From positions 15,281 to 79,280 of the forward strand of contig JAFRVI010000004.1 in assembly GCA_017438525.1 (NCBI GenBank): a stretch of DNA of 64,000 nt. The letters are read 5' to 3'. Positions 28,272 to 36,560 of this stretch are shown piece after piece (the first letter of the stretch is position 1; each line of letters begins with the position of its first letter). The notes under the pieces were generated by a model, which saw nothing but the letters and a program-made list of their open reading frames with translations, was not told where the DNA came from and did not search any database. The stretch comes from Clostridia bacterium (lineage in GTDB: Bacteria > Bacillota > Clostridia > Oscillospirales > RGIG8002). The position numbers were made by a program, and so were the translations under genes.

Positions 28272-28989
28272 GTGACATTTCCTTTCGGGCGTCTGTTGCA
28301 AGGCGCTTTTTGTTAATGGATGCGAAGACTCGGTCGGCGCGTGTCAAACGACAGATGAGTAGGCCTATCTCCGCGACCAGCACTCCGGCCGGTATGTCTA
28401 TCAACACGTGCTGGTGAATCAATACAGTAGAGGCAAACACGAGCATTGTGAATACGAACGAAAACGGCGCATACCACTTTCTGATGTCTTTAAGATGAAT
28501 CGATCCGCGGAAGCATATCCAGCTCTCGAGGCAATGAATCGAGGGGAACAGGTTGATCATGGGAGTATCGATGAAATACATCCAGCTGACCAAGGTGTAA
28601 AACGGACCGGTTTGTGTGATTTCCGGCCGAGTCATCATCGTCGGATAGAAAATAAATACCATCAAGGCGATGAACTTCGCGATAATCTCGCCGGTCATGA
28701 AGCGATAGCAGAGAGATTCGCTCTCTCTCGCTATAAGAGTGAATCCGACAAACCATTGCACGTAAGAAAGCACGTAAATGATTATGAATACGGGAACGAG
28801 CGGGACGTCAACGCCGAGAAATATTGAATTAACGTTTGCCGTTGTGTCTTCCGCAAGCATATGCGGAGGACCGATCACACCGAGCACGATAAGCAGCTTC
28901 GGCAGGTAATAGGCAAGCATATTGAAACCCAGTACGGTCCAGAGCGGAACGACCGCATATCTGGGGAATATCTTCCTTAACAGCTTCAT
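28261..28989 (-). CDS. PAP2-superfamily membrane protein (AUR1/inositol-phosphoceramide-synthase-like)
   Basis: IFYPT..RP, NLFPSIH, STVLIHQHVLID catalytic His/Asp motifs. Confidence 0.85.
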   Translation of the reverse strand: MKLLRKIFPRYAVVPLWTVLGFNMLAYYLPKLLIVLGVIGPPHMLAEDTTANVNSIFLGVDVPLVPVFIIIYVLSYVQWFVGFTLIARESESLCYRFMTGEIIAKFIALMVFIFYPTMMTRPEITQTGPFYTLVSWMYFIDTPMINLFPSIHCLESWICFRGSIHLKDIRKWYAPFSFVFTMLVFASTVLIHQHVLIDIPAGVLVAEIGLLICRLTRADRVFASINKKRLATDARKEMSLEQ

Positions 28990-29049
28990 TTGCTCCTCCG
29001 GTTAAACAGACGCTGTAATCCAGTTAAATTTCGCCATATAATCATAGAC

Positions 29050-29078
29050 AGTATAACAAATTATTAAAATAATATCAA
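29050..29078 (-). promoter_or_regulatory. sigma-A promoter of the lipid operon
   Basis: TTGATA-17nt-TATACT. Confidence 0.65.
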
Positions 29079-29139
29079 GATAATTTTAACAAAGTTTTTG
29101 AAAATTATACTGCAGCGGTTTTTCGCCAAAGTCTTCGGA

Positions 29140-30417
29140 TCATATGCAGTTGTTGTCGACGCAGTTTTCTATGAATTCGGAAAACAGAGCTTCCGGCCAG
29201 GTGAACCATTCGCGCGTGTAGTTGCAAGGATTGTCAACGTCAAATCCTTCGTGAAGATGACATTTTCCGGCTTCGGTTGAAGCGATTGTTTTGAGTAGTT
29301 CGCGCCTTTCGTTGTCATCCGTCGAGGTCAATCCCTGCATTATAAGCGACATATGCCAGACATAATTCCGAGGAGTGTGCGGCGAACCTATGCCGCGGGC
29401 ATACTTTCCGGAGTAATAATAAGGGTTATCCGCGCTTAACAGGAAACGACGGGTGTTGAGATATATCTCGTCGTCCGCGGCGGAATATCCTATATACGGT
29501 ATAGACAGCAAGCTGGGAACGTTCGCGTCGTCAATCATTGAGTAATGACCCATGCCATCCGTTTCGCAGGCGTAGATTCTGCCGTATTTCCCGTGCTCAA
29601 CGATGCAGTAGTTCCGTATCCCGTCGTCTATCTCTTTGCGGAGAGCGTCGCATTCGGCTGCGAGCGATTCGTTATTGCAAACGCTGCTGAGCATTTCCGC
29701 GGCGTAACCGAGAACGACTACCGCGAACATTTCTGAAGCGGTGAGGTAACCGTAAACGCAGCCGTCGTCGCTCGGTCTGAACGCGGAGCGCGTCATGCCT
29801 GTATACGCGGCGGGCGCGCCTCTGCCGCCGTAGGGATAGTCGTCGATTGTAATCCCGTTTTCCAAGCGTATGAAGTAATACGGCGAATTCTCTTCGTGAC
29901 GCTGTTCGATTCTCCATTGATTGAGAATAATGCGCATGACGGATTCGAGTTCATTTCTTATTATTTCCGTTTTACCGGTCTGTTTATAATATAAATACAG
30001 CAGACGCAGGGGATAACACAGGGAGTCGACCTCATACTTGCGTTCAAATACCCACGGATTGTTTTTCGGCAGATCCTCCGGATGCCCTTCGCCGTTCGGT
30101 TCCTGATTGAACGCGTTGGCATACGGATCTATCCTTATATACATGAATTGACGTTTAAGCACGCCTTCAATTATTTCAGAAATCTCCGGATCGTTTGCAA
30201 GCGGTATATAATGAGATACCTGCGCTGATGAATCGCGCAGCCACATTGCCGGTATATCGCCGGTTAGCACGAAATATGTTCCGTCGTCGCATTTTCGGAC
30301 GGCTGTCTCAAGCGTGCTGGCGCAGCAGTTTCTGTACAAATCACGCAGTTTGGGATGCCTTTCGAGTTTTTCTGAATAACGATCGATTCTTTTGATAAGG
30401 GAGTCGGGGAGCTGCAT
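29140..30417 (-). CDS. Glycoside hydrolase family 125 (exo-alpha-1,6-mannosidase-like)
   Basis: TGDIPAMWLRDSSAQ, DPYANAF, ERKYEVDSLCYP, DDANVPSLL, GSPHTP, WHMSLIMQGLT, REWFTW; start ATG 30417 after GAGGTG. Confidence 0.95.
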   Translation of the reverse strand: MQLPDSLIKRIDRYSEKLERHPKLRDLYRNCCASTLETAVRKCDDGTYFVLTGDIPAMWLRDSSAQVSHYIPLANDPEISEIIEGVLKRQFMYIRIDPYANAFNQEPNGEGHPEDLPKNNPWVFERKYEVDSLCYPLRLLYLYYKQTGKTEIIRNELESVMRIILNQWRIEQRHEENSPYYFIRLENGITIDDYPYGGRGAPAAYTGMTRSAFRPSDDGCVYGYLTASEMFAVVVLGYAAEMLSSVCNNESLAAECDALRKEIDDGIRNYCIVEHGKYGRIYACETDGMGHYSMIDDANVPSLLSIPYIGYSAADDEIYLNTRRFLLSADNPYYYSGKYARGIGSPHTPRNYVWHMSLIMQGLTSTDDNERRELLKTIASTEAGKCHLHEGFDVDNPCNYTREWFTWPEALFSEFIENCVDNNCI

Positions 30418-30443
30418 AGTATACACCTCGTTTCTACGTGTCG

Positions 30444-30472
30444 ATTATATCATATATCTATTTGTCGTTCAA
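30444..30472 (-). promoter_or_regulatory. sigma-A promoter for GH125
   Basis: TTGAAC-17nt-TATAAT, extended -10. Confidence 0.7.
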
Positions 30473-30483
30473 TGATATAAAAT

Positions 30484-30523
30484 AAAAAATCGGGTATCCG
30501 CGGCAGTTGCGCGGACACCCGAT
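30484..30523 (-). terminator. Terminator after tRNA-Pro
   Basis: ATCGGGTGTCCGC...GCGGATACCCGAT followed by TTTTT on minus strand. Confidence 0.85.
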
Positions 30524-30599
30524 GGTCCGAGTGACTGGAATCGAACCAGCGGCCCCTTGAACCCCATTCAAGTACTCTACCAAGCTGAGCTACACCCGG
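30523..30599 (-). tRNA. tRNA-Pro(GGG)
   Basis: CCGGGTGTAGCTCAGCTTGGTAGAGTA-CTTGA-ATGGGGT-TCAAG-GGGCCGCTGGTTCGATTCCAGTCACTCGGACCA, 77 nt. Confidence 0.97.
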
Positions 30600-30616
30600 A
30601 TCGGTCAACGGCTAAT

Positions 30617-30645
30617 AGTCTACCACAGCTTTGCCCAAAATGCAA
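30617..30645 (-). promoter_or_regulatory. sigma-A promoter for tRNA-Pro
   Basis: TTGCAT-17nt-TAGACT, extended -10. Confidence 0.6.
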
Positions 30646-30770
30646 GAGTAATTTTCAAAAATCCCTTTAATAATTTTTCCGCCTTTTGTTTCAAGCTGCC
30701 TATTTATCATGTTGTTTCAGATAATTCGTAAATTTTCAACATATTTTTTTCATATTTTCTTTAAAATTGC

Positions 30771-30799
30771 TTGACAAAAGATTCTAATAAGTATATTAT
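30771..30799 (+). promoter_or_regulatory. Strong sigma-A promoter for zinc-ribbon gene
   Basis: TTGACA-17nt-TATTAT with AT-rich UP region. Confidence 0.8.
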
Positions 30800-30910
30800 A
30801 TAAAAGCTTGGAAACAGGCAGAATACTGCCCAGAAGGGGATTGAACCCCTCAATTACTTCCGGTTCAGGTCCGATTTTGAGCAAAAACCATTATTTTTTG
30901 GAGGAAAAAC

Positions 30911-31180
30911 ATGTACGAAGACAAGACCTTGGTATGCAAAGATTGCGGAGCCGAATTCGTGTTCACCGCCGGTGAGCAGGAGTTCTACGCGGAGAGGGGC
31001 TTCCAGAATGAGCCCTCCAGATGCAAGGAATGCAGAGCTAATCGCAAGCGCGCCAGCAGAGAGATGTTTGAGACGACCTGCTCTCAGTGCGGCGGTGTTG
31101 CCAGAGTTCCTTTCCAGCCCCGTGATGACAGACCGGTTCTGTGCAGCGAGTGCTTCGCTAAGAGCAGAGAGCAGCAGTAA
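30911..31180 (+). CDS. Small zinc-ribbon protein (zf-trcl + CxxC-x17-CxxC domain)
   Basis: LVCKDCGAEFVFTAGEQEFYAERGFQNEPSRCKECR and CSQCG...VPFQPRDDRPVLCSECF; GGAGG RBS. Confidence 0.92.
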   Translation: MYEDKTLVCKDCGAEFVFTAGEQEFYAERGFQNEPSRCKECRANRKRASREMFETTCSQCGGVARVPFQPRDDRPVLCSECFAKSREQQ

Positions 31181-31230
31181 TATGCGCTTCTGCATACCAA
31201 GTAGCATATAAATGCTTACAAGGTAAAAAT

Positions 31231-31268
31231 AAATGCGTTCCGATTTTTACGGAACGCATTTACTTTTT
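31231..31268 (+). terminator. Terminator after zinc-ribbon gene
   Basis: AAATGCGTTCCG-ATTTTTA-CGGAACGCATTT then ACTTTTT. Confidence 0.8.
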
Positions 31269-31316
31269 ATAATCAATGTGTTATAATATTGACAGCAAAC
31301 GAAAGGAAGTGTAATT

Positions 31317-31511
31317 ATGGTTGACAAGAATTGGGTTATCGGAACCGTTCTCGATAAGTATCCCGACACGGCTGAGCTTTTCCTCGGTATCGGAATGCAT
31401 TGTCTCGGATGCCCAGGAGCGAGAAGCGAAACGATCGAGCAGGCATGTATGGTGCACGGAGCCGACTGCGACGCTCTCATCGACGAAATCAACGCTCTCA
31501 TAGGAGAATAA
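31317..31511 (+). CDS. DUF1858 domain protein (hybrid-cluster-associated redox disulfide domain)
   Basis: IGTVLDKYP...GMHCLGCPGARSETIEQAC.VHG. Confidence 0.9.
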   Translation: MVDKNWVIGTVLDKYPDTAELFLGIGMHCLGCPGARSETIEQACMVHGADCDALIDEINALIGE

Positions 31512-31524
31512 TCAAATCCTGCCG

Positions 31525-31550
31525 AAAGCCGCCTGAACGGCGGCTTTTTT
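31525..31550 (+). terminator. Terminator after DUF1858 gene
   Basis: AAAGCCGCC-TGAAC-GGCGGCTTTTTT. Confidence 0.8.
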
Positions 31551-31564
31551 CGTGCATTTTTTTA

Positions 31565-31593
31565 TTGAAAGCGCGGGCGCGATGTGCTATAAT
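31565..31593 (+). promoter_or_regulatory. sigma-A promoter for trmK operon
   Basis: TTGAAA-17nt-TATAAT, extended -10. Confidence 0.75.
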
Positions 31594-31621
31594 GCAACTG
31601 TAAAGCATCGGAGGAATTGAG

Positions 31622-32299
31622 ATGAAACTGCCGCAGCGACTTGAATACGTTTTCTCGTTAACGGAGAAATGCCGATGTGCTGCCGATATCGGCACGGATC
31701 ACGGCAAACTTGCCGCGGCTCTCGTCCTTTCCGGTCGCGCCGAACGAGTTATTGCGAGCGACGTAAACGCCGGACCTCTTTCGAAGGCGGAAGAGCTTTC
31801 GGAAAAACTGGGCTTTACCGATAAAATCGACATTCGGCTCGCAGACGGTCTCAGCGGCATGGAAAACGCCGGAGTCGATCAAATAATAATCGCAGGTATG
31901 GGAGGAGAGCTTATTGCGTCGATTATCGATGCGGCTCAGTGGGTGAAGAATCCGGATGTATATCTCGTTCTCCAACCTATGACGACTTCGCCGGAACTGC
32001 GCCGCTATCTCGTTTCATCGGGATTCCGCATTAAAAGGGAAGGAGCCGTCATCGAAGACGGCAAACCGTATGAGGTAATTACCGCCGTGTACTCCGGAGA
32101 TATACGGGGCTGCACTCCCGAAGAAGCCGAAATCGGCGGAAACTTCGAGGGCGACGAGCAGGCCGTGAGAGCGCTTCTCGTCAAAAAGCGCAGCGCGCTC
32201 GAAAAGCGTCTCATCGGCGCTGAAAGAAAGAACGACGGCGAGGCGGACGTTATCAACCGCTTAATCAGCAGGATAAATACACGTTTGGAGGAACTATAA
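31622..32299 (+). CDS. trmK: tRNA (adenine22-N1)-methyltransferase
   Basis: ADIGTDHG, ASDVNAGPL, RLADGL, IAGMGG, LVLQPM. Confidence 0.95.
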   Translation: MKLPQRLEYVFSLTEKCRCAADIGTDHGKLAAALVLSGRAERVIASDVNAGPLSKAEELSEKLGFTDKIDIRLADGLSGMENAGVDQIIIAGMGGELIASIIDAAQWVKNPDVYLVLQPMTTSPELRRYLVSSGFRIKREGAVIEDGKPYEVITAVYSGDIRGCTPEEAEIGGNFEGDEQAVRALLVKKRSALEKRLIGAERKNDGEADVINRLISRINTRLEEL

Positions 32300-33078
32300 T
32301 GGCTTCTGTGGGAGAAATACTTAATTTCTTATGGAAGGCGGCTCCGCCGGAGCTTGCCGAGGGCTTCGATAACGTCGGGCTTATCGCCGGCGACGAAGAG
32401 ATCAACGTCACAAAAGCGCTGCTGGCGCTCGATATCACCGAGGAGGTCATTGCCGAGGCGGTCGAGCAGAAAGCTCAGCTTATCATAAGCCATCATCCCG
32501 TCGTCTTCGGGAACGTCAAACGCTTCACGCCTCAGGATTACGTTTCAAAACGCGCGTATTCGCTAGTCAGAGCCGGTATTTCTGCGATATGTATGCACAC
32601 GAATCTCGACGCCGCCGACGACGGAGTGGGCGAGACGCTGGCAAAAAAGCTCGGACTGACGGATATCCGCGAAATCGAAGGCACCGGTGAAAACGGCAAC
32701 TGCGGACGCATTGGCTTCCTTGAAGAACCCGTTGAGCCCGAATGGCTCGCCTTGCGCGTGAAAGACGCGCTCGGATGCGATGCGGTGAGGTACGTCGCCG
32801 GCGACAAAAAGATCAGCACGGTCGCCGTTATCGGCGGCAGCGGCGGCGACTTCGCGGAGCTCGTAATGAATTCCGGCGCCGACGCTTTCGTTACCGCCGA
32901 CGTGAAGCATCATCAGTTCATATACGCCAAAGACAGCGGATTTACCCTCATAGACGGCGGGCATTACGAGACCGAGTATCCGATTATTCCGGAATTAAAA
33001 TCGCGTCTTGAAGAAGAATTCACCATGGTGAAGTTTGTTCTTTCCGAGCGCGGTAGCGTTATTAAAACCCTCTATTAA
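32299..33078 (+). CDS. Nif3-like dinuclear metal center protein (YbgI/YqfO family)
   Basis: FDNVGL, LIISHHP, HTNLDAA, TADVKHH, DGGHYETE. Confidence 0.95.
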   Translation: MASVGEILNFLWKAAPPELAEGFDNVGLIAGDEEINVTKALLALDITEEVIAEAVEQKAQLIISHHPVVFGNVKRFTPQDYVSKRAYSLVRAGISAICMHTNLDAADDGVGETLAKKLGLTDIREIEGTGENGNCGRIGFLEEPVEPEWLALRVKDALGCDAVRYVAGDKKISTVAVIGGSGGDFAELVMNSGADAFVTADVKHHQFIYAKDSGFTLIDGGHYETEYPIIPELKSRLEEEFTMVKFVLSERGSVIKTLY

Positions 33079-33087
33079 GGATCGATT

Positions 33088-34800
33088 ATGGCACTTGACG
33101 CTGCGTTTTTGAAGTTAATATGCGCCGAACTGAACGAGCGCGCCGTGGGGGCAAAGGTGGATAAAGTCTACCAGCCCGAACGCGACGAGTTCGTCTTTTT
33201 CCTGCGCGGATTTCACGAAACGCTGAGGTTGCGTATCTCCGCGTCGTCCGCGAGTCCCGCGGTATATTTCACAGAGCATTCGAAGGATAATCCGAAGCAG
33301 GCGCCGACGCTTTGCATGCTCGCCCGCAAGCTTTTCACCGGCGGCAGGTTCGTAGCCGCCGAGCAGCCGGGTATGGAGCGTGTGGTTACGCTTAAATTTG
33401 ATTGTACCGACGAAATGGGCGACAAGGTCGAGCGGCGCGTCGTCGCCGAAATTATGGGGCGCAGCAGCAATATCCTGTTCACCGACGGAGACGGAAGGAT
33501 AATCGAATCCGTCAAGCATTCCGGCGCGGATCCTGACGCCGTCCGCTGCGTAATCGCCGGTATGCCTTACGTTATGCCGCCCAAGCAGAATAAAGCCGAT
33601 CCGTATTCGCTTACCGGGGAATCGCTGTCGTCGATCCTGTCCGCGTCCGACGAATCGCTGTCGGACGCTTTGCTGCATAACGTCGCCGGCTTTTCGCCGA
33701 TAGTCTGCAGGGAACTCGCGTTCAGGGCTTCCGGCGACGCCGAAACGCCCGCGGCGCACGCTGACGCAGAAAGAGTATACGCGGAACTCGACAGTCTGCT
33801 TTCGGAGCTCGAAAACGGCGGGAATCCTTCGGTAGTCTGCCGCGCCGACGGGACGGCGGCGGACTTTTCGTTCTTTTCACCGTCCGTTTACGGCGGCGCG
33901 ATGGAAATCAAAAAGCTCGACAGTCCGTCCGAACTGCTCGATTTCTTTTATTACGAACGCGACCGCGCCGAGCGGCTGAAGCAGCGCACTTCCGAGCTTT
34001 CGCGGCTCGTCTCGCGCAGCATCGAGCGAGCGGTCAGAAAAGCCGCGGCGCAGAGCAGGGAACTCGCGGAATGCGAAAACGCGGAAGAACTCCGCGTGCG
34101 CGGCGAATTGATAAACGCCTATCTGCACGAGATAAATCCCGGATCGTCCGTCGCCGTAGTCAAAAACTATTACGATAACTATAACGAGATACATATCCCG
34201 CTCGACAGCGCTCTTTCTCCGCAGCGCAACGCGCAGAAGTACTTCCGCGAATACCGCAAAAGCTATACCAGAAAGAAAAAGCTTGCCGAGCAGCTCGAAC
34301 TCGGCGAAGCGGAGATCGAATGGCTCCGCACGGTCGCGGACGAGCTCACGCTCGTTGAAACTCCCGAAGATATTTCGCGTATACGCGAGGAGCTCGTCTC
34401 CGAGGGGTATCTGCGTCCCGCGCCTTCGAAAAATACCAAAAAGCCCGTCAAAAGACCCGAATACTCTTTTGAGTGCGTCACCACTTCCGACGGTTTCAAG
34501 GTCTATTACGGGAAAAACAACCTCCAGAACGACGCGCTGACCATGCGTTTCGCTTCAAACAGCGATATATGGTTTCACGTCAGGGAAAGCTTCGGCGCTC
34601 ACGTCGTGCTTCGTCTCGAGGGCAGGGAACCAACCGAAACCGCCGTTTACGAGGCCGCGAAGATCGCCGCCGCGCACAGCAAATCGGCCGAAGGCACGAA
34701 GGTTTCGGTTGACTACACGGAAATCCGCAACGTACGAAAGCCGAAGGGCTCGAAACCGGGTAAAGTCTTCTACGTAAACTTCAAGACGATAATTGTGTAA
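33088..34800 (+). CDS. rqcH: Ribosome quality control protein RqcH/Rqc2 (NFACT family)
   Basis: MALDA, ERVV.L.F, AEIMGRSSNI, NAQKYFREYRK, GKNNLQNDALT, WFHV..SFGAHV, VDYT. Confidence 0.93.
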   Translation: MALDAAFLKLICAELNERAVGAKVDKVYQPERDEFVFFLRGFHETLRLRISASSASPAVYFTEHSKDNPKQAPTLCMLARKLFTGGRFVAAEQPGMERVVTLKFDCTDEMGDKVERRVVAEIMGRSSNILFTDGDGRIIESVKHSGADPDAVRCVIAGMPYVMPPKQNKADPYSLTGESLSSILSASDESLSDALLHNVAGFSPIVCRELAFRASGDAETPAAHADAERVYAELDSLLSELENGGNPSVVCRADGTAADFSFFSPSVYGGAMEIKKLDSPSELLDFFYYERDRAERLKQRTSELSRLVSRSIERAVRKAAAQSRELAECENAEELRVRGELINAYLHEINPGSSVAVVKNYYDNYNEIHIPLDSALSPQRNAQKYFREYRKSYTRKKKLAEQLELGEAEIEWLRTVADELTLVETPEDISRIREELVSEGYLRPAPSKNTKKPVKRPEYSFECVTTSDGFKVYYGKNNLQNDALTMRFASNSDIWFHVRESFGAHVVLRLEGREPTETAVYEAAKIAAAHSKSAEGTKVSVDYTEIRNVRKPKGSKPGKVFYVNFKTIIV

Positions 34801-34816
34801 AATTTTTATAAAAATC

Positions 34817-34857
34817 GCGCCGTTTCTATTGAAACGGCGTTTTGAATGTGGTATAAT
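34817..34857 (+). promoter_or_regulatory. rqcH terminator-like hairpin overlapping the guaA promoter
   Basis: CGCCGTTTC-TATT-GAAACGGCG-TTTT contains TTGAAA (34829)-17nt-TATAAT (34852), extended -10. Confidence 0.65.
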
Positions 34858-34890
34858 TCGTCCATATTTTTAATAAAGGGGTAGAGGTAA

Positions 34891-35874
34891 ATGAGCGGAA
34901 ACGTGCGTCCTGCAGAAATGAAAAGAATCGAAACGAAAGAACTGGCCGAACAGTTCATTCAGCAGCAGATCAAAGAGCTGCGCGAACAGATCGGCGACAA
35001 GAAAGTCCTTCTCGCTCTCTCCGGCGGCGTCGACTCCTCCGTGGTCGCGGCTCTGCTGATCAAGGCGATAGGCAAGCAGCTTACCTGCGTTCACGTCAAC
35101 CACGGTCTTCTCCGCAAGGGCGAGCCGGAGCAGGTCGTCAAGGTTTTCCGCGATCAGATGAACGCCAACCTTATTTACGTTGACGCCGTCGACCGCTTCC
35201 TCGATAAGCTCGCGGGCGTTTCCGATCCGGAAACGAAGCGCAAGATCATCGGCAAGGAGTTCATCGACGTCTTCGCCGAAGAAGCCGCAAAGCTTGACGG
35301 CATCAAGTTCCTCGCTCAAGGCACTATCTACCCGGATATACTCGAAAGCGACGGAGTAAAGGCGCACCACAACGTCGGCGGTCTGCCGCCGGAGCTTGAT
35401 TTTGAGCTTGTAGAGCCCGTTAAGCTCCTTTTCAAGGATGAAGTCAGAGTCGTCGGCGAAGCCCTCGGACTGCCGCACGGTATGGTTTACCGTCAGCCGT
35501 TCCCGGGTCCCGGCCTCGGCGTCCGCTGCACCGGAGCTATAACCCGCGACCGCCTCGAAGCGCTCCGCGAAGCCGACGCGATAGTTCGGGAGGAGATCGG
35601 AAAACTCCCCGAAACGCCCTGGCAGTATTTCTGCGTGATTCCCGACCTTCAGTCGACCGGTATCAAATACGTTGACGGCCAAGGCAAGCGCTATATGGGC
35701 TGGGCGGTCATCATCCGTGCGATCAACACGATAGACGCCGTGACCGCCGCTGTGCCGGAGATACCGTTTGCCGTCCTCTGCAAAATGCGCGATCAGATCG
35801 TCAAGATCCCCGGAGTCAACCGCGTCCTTTGGGACATCAGCGAAAAGCCCGTCGCCACGATAGAATACGAATGA
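34891..35874 (+). CDS. guaA: GMP synthase, ATP-pyrophosphatase + dimerisation domains only (no glutamine amidotransferase domain)
   Basis: LALSGGVDSSV, HVNHGLLRKGE, KRKIIG, LAQGTIYPD, KAHHNVGGLP, RQPFPGPGL, KPVATIEYE; 327 aa, no GATase Cys/His/Glu motifs. Confidence 0.9.
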   Translation: MSGNVRPAEMKRIETKELAEQFIQQQIKELREQIGDKKVLLALSGGVDSSVVAALLIKAIGKQLTCVHVNHGLLRKGEPEQVVKVFRDQMNANLIYVDAVDRFLDKLAGVSDPETKRKIIGKEFIDVFAEEAAKLDGIKFLAQGTIYPDILESDGVKAHHNVGGLPPELDFELVEPVKLLFKDEVRVVGEALGLPHGMVYRQPFPGPGLGVRCTGAITRDRLEALREADAIVREEIGKLPETPWQYFCVIPDLQSTGIKYVDGQGKRYMGWAVIIRAINTIDAVTAAVPEIPFAVLCKMRDQIVKIPGVNRVLWDISEKPVATIEYE

Positions 35875-35889
35875 TCGGATAGTATAGTC

Positions 35890-35923
35890 AACGACCGGTC
35901 GGAGTCAGCTCCGACCGGTCGTT
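35890..35923. terminator. Bidirectional terminator between guaA and acetyltransferase
   Basis: AACGACCGGTCGGAG-TCAG-CTCCGACCGGTCGTT 15-bp stem. Confidence 0.85.
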
Positions 35924-36555
35924 TTGCTTAGATTGTGTTTGTTGTACAGTTCGCAATCTGAGATGCGCAGGTCTTTGAAGTAAAACTCTTTGTCACGTTC
36001 GCCGATCGGGCGGAGGACGCGGCAGGGAACGCCTACGGCGACTACGTTTGCGGGAATATCCTTCGTTACCACGCTTCCGGCGCCTATCACGCTGTTGTCG
36101 CCGATGCTCACGCCGGGCAGAATAACGCTTCCGGTTCCGATCCAGCAGCATTTGCCGATATGAACGGGCGCGTTGTACTGATACTGCTTTTCGCGGAGCT
36201 CCGGAAGAATCGGATGCGCGGCGGTGCAAACGGTTACATTGGGGCCGAACTTGGTATTGTCACCCACATATATATGCGCATCGTCAACCAGCGTCAGATT
36301 AAAATTAGCGTATATATTGCTGCCGAAATGGACGTGCTTTCCGCCGAAATTAGCGTGAAAAGGCGGCTCGATGTAGCAGTTTTCTCCGATCTCCGCGAAC
36401 ATCTCCCTGAGCATTTCCTCGCGCTTGTTCAGCTCGGTCGGACGCGTCGCGTTGAAGTCGTACAGCTTGTCAAGACACGCGATCTGCTCCTTGAACAGAG
36501 CTTCATCCATAGGATAATACAACTTCCGGGAGTGCATTTTTTCTTTGATATCCAT
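35905..36555 (-). CDS. Sugar O-acetyltransferase (maltose/galactoside acetyltransferase, hexapeptide repeat)
   Basis: IEPPFHANFGG, FNLTLVDD, hexapeptide repeats IG..CWIG..SVILPGVSIGDNSVIGAGSVVTKDIP. Confidence 0.93.
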   Translation of the reverse strand: MDIKEKMHSRKLYYPMDEALFKEQIACLDKLYDFNATRPTELNKREEMLREMFAEIGENCYIEPPFHANFGGKHVHFGSNIYANFNLTLVDDAHIYVGDNTKFGPNVTVCTAAHPILPELREKQYQYNAPVHIGKCCWIGTGSVILPGVSIGDNSVIGAGSVVTKDIPANVVAVGVPCRVLRPIGERDKEFYFKDLRISDCELYNKHNLSKTTGRS

Positions 36556-36560
36556 ATCCG

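Noticed and set aside
18700-30599. Possible genomic island integrated at tRNA-Pro (or at tRNA-Leu)
   Set aside because: No integrase, no duplicated tRNA 3' end spotted by eye, and no obvious compositional shift. Each tRNA is followed directly by its terminator.
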